From NCBI RefSeq assembly GCF_963921235.1, contig NC_086097.1, forward strand, positions 104,968,001 through 105,032,000: 64,000 bases of DNA, in the 5' to 3' direction. The stretch's first letter is position 1. Each line of letters opens with the position of its first letter. The DNA comes from Mobula hypostoma. Its lineage: Eukaryota. Positions 48,401 through 60,653 of this stretch are shown here, piece by piece. The position numbers and the translations under genes are program-made. The notes under the pieces were generated by a model. The model was given only the letters and a program-made list of their open reading frames with translations. It was not told the DNA's origin and ran no database searches.

Positions 48401-51400
48401 TGTGGAGAAGGGGTGGGGTGGGTTTGGGGTGAGAGTATGGCGAGAAGGGGTGGGGTGGGTTTGGGGTGAGAGTATGTGGAGAAGGGGTGGGTGGGTTTGG
48501 GGTGAGAGTATGTGGAGAAGGGGTGGTGTGGGTTTGGGGTGAGAGTATGTGGAGAAGGGTGGGTGGGTTTGGGGTGAGAGTATGGGGAGAAGGGGTGGGT
48601 TTGGGGTGAGAGTATGGGGAGAGGGGTGGGGTGGTTTGGGGTGAGAGTATGGGGAGAGGGGTGGGGTGGTTTGGGGTGAGAGTATGGGGAGAAGGGGTGG
48701 GTTTCGGGTGAGAGTATGGGGAGAAGGGGTGGGTAGGTTTGTGGTGAGAGTATGGGGAGAAGGGGTGGGGTGGTTTGGGGTGAGAGTATGGGGAGAAGGG
48801 TTGGGGTGGGTTTGGGGTGAGAGTATGTGGAGAAGGGGTGGGGTGCGTTTGGGGTGAGAGTATGTGGAGAAGTGTGGGTGGGTTTGGGGTGAGAGTATGG
48901 GGAGAAGGGGTGGGTTTGGGGTGAGAGTATGGGGAGAAGGGGTGGGTAGGTTTGTGGTGAGAGTATGGGGAGAAGGGGTGGGGTGGTTTGGGGTGAGAGT
49001 ATGGGGAGAAGGGTTGGGATGGGTTTGGGGTGAGAGTATGGGGAGAAGGGTTGGGGTGGGTTTGGGGTGAGAGTATGGCGAGAAGGGGTGGGGTGGTTTG
49101 TGGTGAGATTATGGGGAGAAGGGGTGGGTTTGGGGTGAGAGTATGGGGAGAAGGGGTGGGGTGGGTTTGGGGTGAGAGTATGTGGAGAAGGGGTGGGTTT
49201 GGGGTGAGAGTATGGGGAGAAGGGGTGGGGTGGGTTTGGGGTGAGAGTATGAGTAGAAAGGGTGGATGGGTTTGGGGTGAGAGTATGGGGAGAAGGAGTG
49301 GGTGCGTTTGAGGTGCGAGTATGACGAGAAGGAGTGGGTGCATTTGGGGTGAGAGTATGACGAGAAGGAGTGGGTGGGTTTGGGGTGAGAGTATGGGGAG
49401 AAGAGGTGGGGTGAGTTTAGGGTGAGAGTATGTGGAGAAGGAGTCGGGTGGGTTTGTGGTGAGAGTTGGGGAGATGGGGTGGGTTTGGGGTGAGAGTATG
49501 TGGAGAAGGGGTGGGGTGGTTTGGGGTGAGAGTATGGGGAGAAGGGTTGGGGTGGGTTTGGGGTGAGAGTATGTGGAGAAGGGGTGGGGTGCGTTTGGGG
49601 TGAGAGTATGTGGGGAAGGGTGGGTGGGTTTGGGGTGAGAGTATGGGGAGAAGGGGTGGGTTTGTGGTGAGAGTATGGGGAGAAGGGGTGGGTAGGTTTG
49701 TGGTGAGAGTATGGGGAGAAGGGGTGGGGTGGATTGGGGTGAGAGTATGGGGAGAAGGGTTGGGATGGGTTTGGGGTGAGAGTATGGGGAGAAGGGGTGG
49801 GGTGGTTTGGGGTGAGAGTATGGGGAGAAGGGGTGGGGTGGTTTGGGGTGAGAGTATGGGGAGAAGGGGTGGGGTGGGTTTGGGGTGAGAGTATGTGGAG
49901 AAGGGGTGGGGTGGGTTTGGGGTGAGAGTATGGCGAGAAGGGGTGGGGTGGGTTTGGGGTGAGAGTATGTGGAGAAGGGGTGGGTGGGTTTGGGGTGAGA
50001 GTATGGGGAGAAGGGGTGGGTGGGTTTGGGGTGAGAGTATGAGGAGAAGGGGTGGGTAGCTTTGGGGTCAGAGTATGGGGAGAAGGGGTGGGTTTGGGGT
50101 GAGAGTATGGGGAGAGGGGTGGGGTGGTTTGGGGTGAGAGTATGGGGAGAGGGGTGGGGTGGTTTGGGGTGAGAGTATGGGGAGAAGGGGTGGGTTTGGG
50201 GTGAGAGTATGGGGAGAAGGGGTGGGTAGGTTTGTGGTGAGAGTATGGGGAGAAGGGGTGGGGTGGTTTGGGGTGAGAGTATGGGGAGAAGGGTTGGGGT
50301 GGGTTTGGGGTGAGAGTATGTGGAGAAGGGGTGGGGTGCGTTTGGGGTGAGAGTATGTGGAGAAGTGTGGGTGGGTTTGGGGTGAGAGTATGGGGAGAAG
50401 GGGTGGGTTTGGGGTGAGAGTATGGGGAGAAGGGGTGGGTAGGTTTGTGGTGAGAGTATGGGGAGAAGGGGTGGGGTGGTTTGGGGTGAGAGTATGGGGA
50501 GAAGGGGTGGGTGGGTTTGGGGTGAGAGTATGGGGAGAAGGGGTGGGGTGGGTTTGGGGTGAGAGTATGAGTAGAAAGGGTGGATGGGTTTGGGGTGAGA
50601 GTATGGGGAGAAGGAGTGGGTGCGTTTGAGGTGCGAGTATGACGAGAAGGAGTGGGTGCATTTGGGGTGAGAGTATGACGAGAAGGAGTGGGTGGGTTTG
50701 GGGTGAGAGTATGGGGAGAAGAGGTGGGGTGAGTTTAGGGTGAGAGTATGTGGAGAAGGAGTCGGGTGGGTTTGTGGTGAGAGTTGGGGAGATGGGGTGG
50801 GTTTGGGGTGAGAGTATGTGGAGAAGGGGTGGGGTGGTTTGGGGTGAGAGTATGGGGAGAAGGGTTGGGGTGGGTTTGGGGTGAGAGTATGTGGAGAAGG
50901 GGTGGGGTGCGTTTGGGGTGAGAGTATGTGGGGAAGGGTGGGTGGGTTTGGGGTGAGAGTATGGGGAGAAGGGGTGGGTTTGTGGTGAGAGTATGGGGAG
51001 AAGGGGTGGGTAGGTTTGTGGTGAGAGTATGGGGAGAAGGGGTGGGGTGGTTTGGGGTGAGAGTATGGGGAGAAGGGTTGGGATGGGTTTGGGGTGAGAG
51101 TATGGGGAGAAGGGGTGGGGTGGTTTGGGGTGAGAGTATGGGGAGAAGGGGTGGGGTGGTTTGGGGTGAGAGTATGGGGAGAAGGGTTGGGGTGGGTTTG
51201 GGGTGAGAGTATGGCGAGAAGGGGTGGGGTGGGTTTGGTGTGAGAGTATGTCGAGAAGGGGTGGCTGTGTTTGGGGTGAGAGTACGGGGAGAGGGGTGGG
51301 GTGATTTGTGGTGAGAGTATGGTAAGAAGCGGTGGGTTTGGGGTGAGAGTATGGGGAGAAGGGGTGAGTAGGTTTCTGGTGAGAGTATGGGGAGAAGGAG

Positions 51401-54400
51401 TGGGGTGGGTTTGGGCTGAGAGTATGGGGAGAAGGAGTGGGGTGGGTTTGGGCTGAGAGTATGGGGAGAAGGTGTGGGTTTGGGCTGAGAGTATGGGGAG
51501 AAGGGGTGGGGGTGTTTGTGGTGAGAGTATGAGGAGAAGGGGTGGGTTTGGGGTGACAGTATGGGGAGAAGGGGAGGGTTTGGGGTGAGAGTATGGGGAG
51601 AGGGGTGGTGTGGGTTTGGGGTGAGAGTATGTGGAGAAGGGTGGGTGGGTTTGGGGTCAGAGTATGGGGAGAAGGGGTGGGTTTAGGGTGAGAGTATGGG
51701 GAGAGGGGTGGGGTGGTTTGGGGTGAGAGTATGGGGAGAAGGGGTGGTTTTGGGGTGAGAGTATGGGGAGAAGGGGTGGGTAGGTTTGTGGTGAGAGTAT
51801 GGGGAGAAGGGTTGGGGTGGTTTGGGGTGAGAGTATGGGGAGAAGGGGTGGGGTGGGTTTGGGGTGAGAGTATGTGGAGAAGGGGTGGGGTGGGTTTGGG
51901 GTGAGAGTATGGCGAGAAGGGGTGGGGTGGGTTTGGGGTGAGAGTATGTGGAGAAGGGGTGGGTGGGTTTGGGTTGAGAGTATGGGGAGAGGGGTGGTGT
52001 GGGTTTGGGGTGAGAGTATGTGGAGAAGGGTGGGTGGGTTTGGGGTCAGAGTATGGGGAGAAGGGGTGGGTTTGGGGTGAGAGTATGGGGAGAGGAGTGG
52101 GGTGGTTTGGGGTGAGAGTATGTGGAGAAGGGGTGGGTGGGTTTGGGTTGAGAGTATGGGGAGAGGGGTGGTGTGGGTTTGGGGTGAGTGTATGTGGAGA
52201 AGGGTGGGTGGGTTTGGGGTCAGAGTATGGGGAGAAGGGGTGGGTTTGGGGTGAGAGTATGGGGAGAGGAGTGGGGTGGTTTGGGGTGAGAGTATGGGGA
52301 GAGGGGTGGGGTGGTTTGGGGTGAGAGTATGGGGAGAAGGGGTGGGTTTCGGGTGAGAGTATGGGGAGAAGGGGTGGGTAGGTTTGTGGTGAGAGTATGG
52401 GGAGAAGGGGTGGGGTGGTTTGGGGTGAGAGTATGGGGAGAAGGGTTGGGGTGGGTTTGGGGTGAGAGTATGTGGAGAAGGGGTGGGGTGCGTTTGGGGT
52501 GAGAGTATGTGGAGAAGTGTGGGTGGGTTTGGGGTGAGAGTATGGGGAGAAGGGGTGGGTTTGGGGTGAGAGTATGGGGAGAAGGGGTGGGTAGGTTTGT
52601 GGTGAGAGTATGGGGAGAAGGGGTGGGGTGGTTTGGGGTGAGAGTATGGGGAGAAGGGTTGGGATGGGTTTGGGGTGAGAGTATGGGGAGAAGGGTTGGG
52701 GTGGGTTTGGGGTGAGAGTATGGCGAGAAGGGGTGGGGTGGTTTGTGGTGAGATTATGGGGAGAAGGGGTGGGTTTGGGGTGAGAGTATAGGGAGAAGGG
52801 GTGGGGTGGGTTTGGGGTGAGAGTATGTGGAGAAGGGGTGGGTTTGGGGTGAGAGTATGGGGAGAAGGGGTGGGGTGGGTTTGGGGTGAGAGTATGAGTA
52901 GAAAGGGTGGATGGGTTTGGGGTGAGAGTATGGGGAGAAGGAGTGGGTGCGTTTGAGGTGCGAGTATGACGAGAAGGAGTGGGTGCATTTGGGGTGAGAG
53001 TATGACGAGAAGGAGTGGGTGGGTTTGGGGTGAGAGTATGGGGAGAAGAGGTGGGGTGAGTTTAGGGTGAGAGTATGTGGAGAAGGATTCGGGTGGGTTT
53101 GTGGTGAGAGTTGGGGAGATGGGGTGGGTTTGGGGTGAGAGTATGTGGAGAAGGGGTGGGGTGGTTTGGGGTGAGAGTATGGGGAGAAGGGTTGGGGTGG
53201 GTTTGGGGTGAGAGTATGTGGAGAAGGGGTGGGGTGCGTTTGGGGTGAGAGTATGTGGAGAAGGGTGGGTGGGTTTGGGGTGAGAGTATGGGGAGAAGGG
53301 GTGGGTTTGTGGTGAGAGTATGGGGAGAAGGGGTGGGTAGGTTTGTGGTGAGAGTATGGGGAGAAGGGGTGGGGTGGTTTGGGGTGAGAGTATGGGGAGA
53401 AGGGTTGGGATGGGTTTGGGGTGAGAGTATGGGGAGAAGGGGTGGGGTGGTTTGGGGTGAGAGTATGGGGAGAAGGGGTGGGGTGGTTTGGGGTGAGAGT
53501 ATGGGGAGAAGGGTTGGGGTGGGTTTGGGGTGAGAGTATGGCGAGAAGGGGTGGGGTGGGTTTGGTGTGAGAGTATGTCGAGAAGGGGTGGCTGTGTTTG
53601 GGGTGAGAGTACGGGGAGAGGGGTGGGGTGATTTGTGGTGAGAGTATGGTAAGAAGCGGTGGGTTTGGGGTGAGAGTATGGGGAGAAGGGGTGAGTAGGT
53701 TTCTGGTGAGAGTATGGGGAGAAGGAGTGGGGTGGGTTTGGGCTGAGAGTATGGGGAGAAGGAGTGGGGTGGGTTTGGGCTGAGAGTATGGGGAGAAGGT
53801 GTGGGTTTGGGCTGAGAGTATGGGGAGAAGGGGTGGGGGATGTTTGTGGTGAGAGTATGAGGAGAAGGGGTGGGTTTGGGGTGACAGTATGGGGAGAAGG
53901 GGAGGGTTTGGGGTGAGAGTATGGGGAGAGGGGTGAGGTAGTTTGGGGTGAGAGTATGGGGAGAAGGGGTGGGTTTGGGGTGCGAGTATGGGGAGAAGGG
54001 GTGGGGTGGTTTGTGGTGAGAGTATGGGGAGAAGGGGTGGGGTGGTTTGTGGTGAGAGTATGGGGAGAAGGGGTGGGTTTGGGGTGAGAGTATAGGGAGA
54101 AGGGGTGGGGTGGGTTTGGGGTGAGAGTATGTGGAGAAGGGGTGGGTTTGGGGTGAGAGTATGGGGAGAAGGGGTGGGCTGGGTTTGGGGTGAGAGGATG
54201 GGTAGAAAGGGTGGATGGGTTTGGGGTGAGAGTATGGGCAGAAGGAGTGGGTGCGTTTGAGGTGCGAGTATGACGAGAAGGAGTGGGTGCGTTTGGGGTG
54301 AGAGTATGACGAGAAGGAGTGGGTGGGTTTGGGGCGAGAGTATGGGGAGAAGAGGTGGTGTGAGTTTAGCGTGAGAGTATGTGGAGAAGGAGTCGGGTGG

Positions 54401-57400
54401 GTTTGTGGTGAGAGTTGGGGAGATGGGTGGGTTTGGGGTGAGTGTATGTGGAGAAGGGGTGGGGTGGGTTTGGGGTGAGAGTATGGGGAGAAGAGGTGGG
54501 GTGAGTTTAGGGTGAGAGTATGTGGAGAAGGAGTCGGGTGGGTTTGTGGTGAGAGTTGGGGAGATGGGGTGGGTTTGGGGTGAGTGTATGTGGAGAAGGG
54601 GTGGGGTGGGTTTGGTGTGAGAGTACCGGGAGAAGGGGTGCGTGGGTTTGTGGTGTGAGTATGGGGAGAAGGGATTGGTTTGTGGTGAGAGTATGGGGAG
54701 AAGGGGTGGGTGGGTTAGTGGTGTCAGTATGGGGAGAAGGGATGGGTTTGGGGTGAGAGTATGGGGAGAAGGGGTGCGGTGGGCTTGGGGTGAGAGTATG
54801 GGGAGAAGGGGTGGGTTTGGGGTGAGAGTATGGGGAGAAGGGGTGGGCTGGGTTTGGGGTGAGAGTATGGGTAGAAAGGGTGGATGGGTTTGGGGTGAGA
54901 GTATGGGCAGAAGGAGTGGGTGCGTTTGAGGTGCGAGTATGACGAGAAGGAGTGGGTGCGTTTGGGGTGAGAGTATGACGAGAAGGAGTGGGTGGGTTTG
55001 GGGCGAGAGTATGGGGAGAAGAGGTGGTGTGAGTTTAGCGTGAGAGTATGTGGAGAAGGAGTCGGGTGGGTTTGTGGTGAGAGTTGGGGAGATGGGTGGG
55101 TTTGGGGTGAGTGTATGTGGAGAAGGGGTGGGGTGGGTTTGGGGTGAGAGTATGGGGAGAAGAGGTGGGGTGAGTTTAGGGTGAGAGTATGTGGAGAAGG
55201 AGTCGGGTGGGTTTGTGGTGAGAGTTGGGGAGATGGGGTGGGTTTGGGGTGAGTGTATGTGGAGAAGGGGTGGGGTGGGTTTGGTGTGAGAGTACCGGGA
55301 GAAGGGGTGCGTGGGTTTGTGGTGTGAGTATGGGGAGAAGGGATTGGTGTGTGGTGAGAGTATGGGGAGAAGGGGTGGGTGGGTTAGTGGTGTCAGTATG
55401 GGGAGAAGGGATGGGTTTGGGGTGAGAGTATGGGGAGAAGGGGTGCGGTGGGCTTGGGGTGAGAGTATGGGGAGAAGGGGTGGGGTGAGTTTAGGGTGAG
55501 AGTATGACGAGAAGGGGTGGGTGGCTTTGGGGTGAGAGTATATGGAGAAGGGGTGGTGTTGGGTTGGTGTAAGAGAATGGGGAGAAGGGGTGGGTGTGTT
55601 TGGAGTGAGAGTATGGGGAGAAGGGGTGTGTTTGGGGTGAGAGTATGGGGAGAAGGGGTGGGTTTGGGGTGAGAGTATGGGGAGAAGGGGTTGGGGGAGT
55701 TTGGGGTGAGAGTATGGGGAGAAGGGGTGGGTTTGGGGTGAGAGTATGGGGAGAAGGAGTGGGTGGGTTTGGGCTGAGAGTATGGGGAGAATGGGTGGGG
55801 TGGGGTTGTAGTGAGAGAATGGGGAGAAGGAGTGGGTAGGTTTGGGGTGAGAGTATGGGGAGAAGGGTTGAGTTTGGGGTGAGAGTATGGGGGAAGGGGT
55901 GGTATGGGGTTGTGGTGAGATTATGGGGAGAAGGGGTGGGGTGGGTTTGGGGTAAGAGTATGGGGAGAAGGGGTGGTGTGGGTTTGGGGTGAGTATGGGG
56001 AGAAGGGGTGTGTGGGTTTGGGGTGAGAGTATGGGGAGAAGGGGTGGGTGGGTTTGGGGTGAGAGTATGGGGAGAAGGAGTGGGTGGGTTTGGAGTGACA
56101 GTATTGCGAGAAGGGGTGTGTGGGTTTGGGGTGACAGTATGGGGAGAAGGGGTGGGTGGATTTGGTGTGAGAGTTTGGGGAGAAGAGGTGGGGTTGTGGT
56201 GAGATTCTGGGGAGAAGGGGTGGGGTGGGTTTCGGGTGAGAGTATGGGGAGAAGGGGTGAGTGGGTTTGGGGTGAGAGTATGGGGAGAAGGGGTGGTTGG
56301 GTTTGGGGTGAGAGTATGGGGAGAAGGGGTGGGTTTGGGGTGAGACTATGGTGGGAAGGGGTGGCCTAGGTTTGGGGTGAGAGTATGGGGTGAAGGGATG
56401 GGTTTAGGCTGAGAGTATGGGGAGAATGGGTGGGGTGGGGTTGTAGTGAGAGAATGGGGAGAAGGAGTGGGTAGGTTTGGGGTGAGAGTATGGGGAGAAG
56501 TGTTGGGTTTGGGGTGAGAGTATGGGGGAAGGGGTGGGTGGATTTGGTGTGAGAGTTTGGGGAGAAGGGGTGGTATGGGGTTGTGAGATTATGGGGAGAA
56601 GGGGTGGGGTGGGTTTGGGGTAAGAGTATGGGGAGAAGGGGTGGTGTGGTTTGGGGTGAGTATGGGGAGAAGGGGTGTGTGGGTTTGGGGTGAGAGTATG
56701 CCGAGAAGGGGTGGGTGGGTTTGGGGTGAGAGTATGGGGAGAAGGAGTGGGTGGGTTTGGAGTGACAGTATTGCGAGAAGGGGTGGGTGGCTTTGGGGTG
56801 AGAGTGTGGGGAGAAGGGTTGGGTGGATTTGGTGTGAGAGTTTGGGGAGAAGGGGTGGGGTTGTGGTGAGATTCTGGGGAGAAGGGGTGGGGTGGGTTTG
56901 GGGTGAGAGTATGCGGAGAAGGGGTGAGTGGGTTTGGGGTGAGAGTATGGGGAGAAGGGGTGAGTGGGTTTGGGGTGAGAGTATGGGGAGAAGGGGTGGT
57001 TGGGTTTGGGGTGAGAGTATGGGGAGAAGGGGTGGGTTTGGAGTGAGACTATGGTGGGAAGGGGTGGCCTAGGTTTGGGGTGAGAGTATGGGGTGAAGGG
57101 ATGGGTTTGGGCTGAGAGTATGGGGAGAAGGGGTGGGGTGGGGTTGTAGTGAGAGAATGGGGAGAAGGAGTGGGTAGGTTTGGGGTGAGAGTATGGGGAG
57201 AAGGGTTGGGTTTGGGGTGAGAGTATGGGGGAAGGGGTGGGTGGATTTGGTGTGAGAGTTTGGGGAGAAGGGGTGGTATGGGGTTGTGGTGAGATTATGG
57301 GGAGAAGGGGTGGGGTGGGTTTGGGGTAAGAGTATGGGGAGAAGGGGTGGTGTGGTTTGGGGTGAGTATGGGGAGAAGGGGTGTGTGGGTTTGGTGTGAG

Positions 57401-58890
57401 AGTATGCCGAGAAGGGGTGGGTGGGTTTGGGGTGAGAGTATGGGGAGAAGGAGTGGGTGGGTTTGGAGTGACAGTATGCCGAGAAGGGGTGGGTGGGTTT
57501 GGGGTGAGAGTATGGGGAGAAGGAGTGGGTGGGTTTGGAGTGACAGTATTGCGAGAAGGGGTGGGTGGCTTTGGGGTGAGAGTGTGGGGAGAAGGGGTGG
57601 GTGGATTTGGTGTGAGAGTTTGGGGAGAAGGGGTGGGGTTGTGGTGAGATTCTGGGGAGAAGGGGTGGGGTGGGTTTGGGGTGAGAGTATGCGGAGAAGG
57701 GGTGCGTGGGTTTGTGGTGTGAGTATGGGGAGAAGGGATGGGTTTGGGGTGAGAGTATGGGGAAAAGGGGTGGGTGGGTTAGTGGTGTCAGTATGGGGAG
57801 AAGGGATGGGTTTGGGGTGAGAGTATGGGGAGAAGGGGTGCGGTGGGCTTGGGGTGAGAGTATGGGGAGAAGGGGTGGGGTGAGTTTAGGGTGAGAGTAT
57901 GACGAGAAGGGGTGGGTGGCTTTGGGGTGAGAGTATATGGAGAACGGGTGGTGTTGGGTTGGTGTAAGTGAATGGGGAGAAGGGGTGGGTGTGTTTGGAG
58001 TGAGAGTATGGGGAGAAGAGGTGTGTTTGGGGTGAGAGTATGGGGAGAAGGGGTGGGTTTGGGGTGAGAGTATGGGGAGAAGGGGTTGGGGCTGTTTGGG
58101 GTGAGAGTATGGGGAGAAGGGGTGGGTGGGTTTGGGGTGAGAGTATGGGGAGAAGGGTTGGGTTTGGGCTGAGGGTATGGGGAGAATGGGTGGGGTGGGG
58201 TTGTAGTGAGAGAATGGGGAGAAGGAGTGGGTAGGTTTGGGGTGAGAGTATGGGGAGAAGGGTTGGGTTTGGGGTGAGAGTATGGGGAGAAGGGGTGGGT
58301 GGATTTGGTGTGAGAGTTTGGGGAGAAGGGGTGGTATGGGGTTGTGGTGAGATTATGGGGAGAAGGGGTGGGGTGGGTTTGGGGTGAGTATGTGGAGAAG
58401 GGGTGTGTGGGTTTGGGGTGAGAGTATGGGGAGAAGGGGTGGGTGGGTTTGGGGTGAGAGTATGGGGAGAAGGAGTGGGTGGGTTTGGAGTGACAGTATT
58501 GTGAGAAGGGGTGGGTGGGTTTGTGGTGAGAGTATGGGGAGAAGGGGTGGGTGGATTTGGTGTGAGAGTTTGGGGAGAAGGGGTGGGGTTGTGGTGAGAT
58601 TCTGGGGAGAAGGGGTGGGGTGGGTTTGGGGTGAGAGTATGGGGAGAAGGGGTGAGTGGGTTTGGGGTGAGAGTATGGGGAGAAGGGGTGGTTGGGTTTG
58701 GGGTGAGAGTATGGGGAGAAGGGGTGGGTTTCGGGTGAGAGTATGGGGAGAAGGGGTGGGGTGGGTTTGGGTGAGAGTATGTGGAGAAGTGGTGGGGTGG
58801 GTTTGGAGTGAGAGTATGGGGAGAAGTGGTGGGGTGAGAGTGTGGGGAGAAGGGGTGGGTTTGGGTGAGAGTATGAGGAGAAGGGGTGGG
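21460..58890 (+). repeat. Giant G-rich minisatellite, consensus GGGGTGAGAGTATGGGGAGAAGGGGT(GGGT|GGGGT)GGGTTT, 32/36/37-bp units, roughly 1000+ copies with higher-order structure
   Basis: Directly visible tandem array on one strand only. Copy number is estimated from ~37 kb divided by ~35 bp. Recurring variant blocks give identical ORF translations at fixed offsets. Confidence 0.98.
44870..45069. other. Assembly gap (200 N)
   Basis: Run of exactly 200 N inside the satellite. Confidence 1.
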
Positions 58891-59660
58891 GAAATGTGGG
58901 TAACGGGAGAGGATGGGGAAAGGGGATAAGGCGGTTGGGGAAGAGGAGAAATGGGATATATGAGGTGGGGAGTGGGGGATTGTCAAAGTTGGAATAAAAG
59001 GGCAGAGAAGGGTGGGGAATGGTGGAGAAAAAGGGGTGTGGAGGGAGGGAGAAGGAAGGAAAGGGGTTGGGGTGGCTGTGAGGGAAAATGAATGGAGAAA
59101 AATTTGTTTTGGAGGGAGGTTGAGGAGGAAAATGAGGTGAGGGTTTAATGATGGGGAGTGGGGTTGTGAGAGCAGGTGGTGGGAGATAAGGGAAGGGTAG
59201 AGTGAGGTTAGGCCTAATGGTGATGAAGGGAATGGAGAGGCTAATGGGTGAAGGTGAACAGGGAAAGGGAGAGAGAGGGGAGGGTTGTCATGGTGAGTAT
59301 ATAGGAGGGGTGTTGGGATTGATGGAGGAGAAGCACTGGCATTTTATAGAGGGGGAGGTCGACAAGAATGCATGGGGAACAGTGAATATAGGGGTTGGCT
59401 GGATCGAGGGGTCGTGTAGGATAGATGGAGAGAGAAGGAGTTAGAGCAAGTGGGGAGTTGTACAGGGATGGAGTGGTTAGATGGAATAAAGAGAGGGGGA
59501 TTAAATAGAGAAAGATAGAGTGGTGTGTTGTAATAGAGGGAGAATGAGGGGGAGTAAGGGATAGAGAGGGTGAGGGATAAGTAATGGATAGGAGGAGAGG
59601 TGAATTGGGATTATCAGGAGACAGGTGGAATGTAAAGATTGAAAGAGGGAGAGAAAAGGG
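58890..59660 (+). repeat. Purine/G-rich low-complexity tail of the array
   Basis: Aperiodic GGA/GGG-rich sequence with very few C, continuous with the satellite. Confidence 0.75.
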
Positions 59661-59679
59661 ATTGGATATTGTCAGAAAC

Positions 59680-60640
59680 ATGAAAGCAATTGCTGAGGGA
59701 TCAGCAGAGATTTTTCTGATGCCATTAGCTGCAGGTGAGGTAACAGAATACAAGTGAGTGGTTAATACTTTGCCTTTATTTAAGAAGGGCAGCAAGGGTG
59801 CCAGGAAACTACAAGTCATTGAGCATTACATTAGTGGTGGGAAAGTTATTGGAGGGGACAAGATCCATCTGTATTTAGAAAGGCAAATGCTGATCGTGGA
59901 TAATGAACATGGCTGTTTGTATGAGAAAGATTGTCTTAAAATTTGAGGGTTTTTTTTTGAAGAAATGATTAAGAGAATAGACAAGGGAAGGGAAAAGATT
60001 TTTTTACATGGACTTTTGCAAAGTTTTTGACATGGTCTTATCCAAGAATCCTTCAAGACTAAGTAGATAATAAGGTGGCTAAGAAGATGTACAGAATACT
60101 TGCCTTCATTAGTCAGGGCAGGAAACATGTAGTGCAACTTGGTCTGGCAACAGCTAGAATATTGTGAAAGTTCTGTTCACCACACTGGAGAAACACAATT
60201 GCACTGGAGATGGGAGATGGTGTAGGGGTGATTCTTAAATGGAATACTGTATTTCAGTTATGAGGAGAGACTAAGTAGGCTGGTTTATGTTCATTTGTGT
60301 GGAGAGGGTTGGGAAAATATTGATAGAGGTTTATAAAATTAGAGACAATGGGTAAATTTACCCCTGAGCAGTTGCATTTGCAGACAGGGGATATATTTAC
60401 AATAAGGGGTATGATATTAAAGGGGAGATTTGAGGAAGAAAGAGTTTTTGAAATCTGAAATGTACTGCCTGATTGGGTGGTTGAGCAAGGGCTCTGACAA
60501 CATTTCAAAAATATTGAAATGAGCAATACAAGTGCCAAGACATAGAATATTGTGCTGAAAATAGGATAAGTATGGAGACAGAAGCAGAACGAGATTTGCT
60601 GATGACTGGTGTCAGAATTTACTTCCTGTGCTATAATTTA
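59680..60640 (+). mobile_element. Very degraded CR1 ORF2 3' half
   Basis: PLFKKGSK..GNY, acatggactttt.caaag.ttttgaca (MDF.K.FD), cttgccttcattagtcagggc, agttatgaggagagact. Confidence 0.7.
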
Positions 60641-60653
60641 CACATTATAAAAT

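Noticed and set aside
21460..58890. CRISPR-like repeat-spacer array
   Set aside because: The variable parts are just G/T variants of one unit rather than unique spacers, there are no cas genes, and the context is eukaryotic.
21460..58890. Telomeric or interstitial telomeric repeat (TTTAGGG/TTGGGG words)
   Set aside because: These words occur singly within the 32-37-bp unit and never as tandem hexamers.
21460..58890. Immunoglobulin switch-region analogue
   Set aside because: It is G-rich and intronic but essentially lacks AGCT/WGCW AID hotspots, and no Ig exons are present.
22018..58986. Long Pro/His/Thr-rich minus-strand ORFs (up to 727 aa, extensin-like) and Gly/Trp/Val-rich plus-strand ORFs
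   Set aside because: They are translations of the minisatellite. The C-rich strand rarely contains stop codons, and 32- and 37-bp units constantly shift frame.
60572..60653. N-terminal extension of the 369-aa ORF as a domesticated RT gene
   Set aside because: The upstream ATG lies in decayed CR1/flank sequence outside the TSD. It is a chance in-frame fusion to a 5'-truncated RTE that lacks the first RT motifs.
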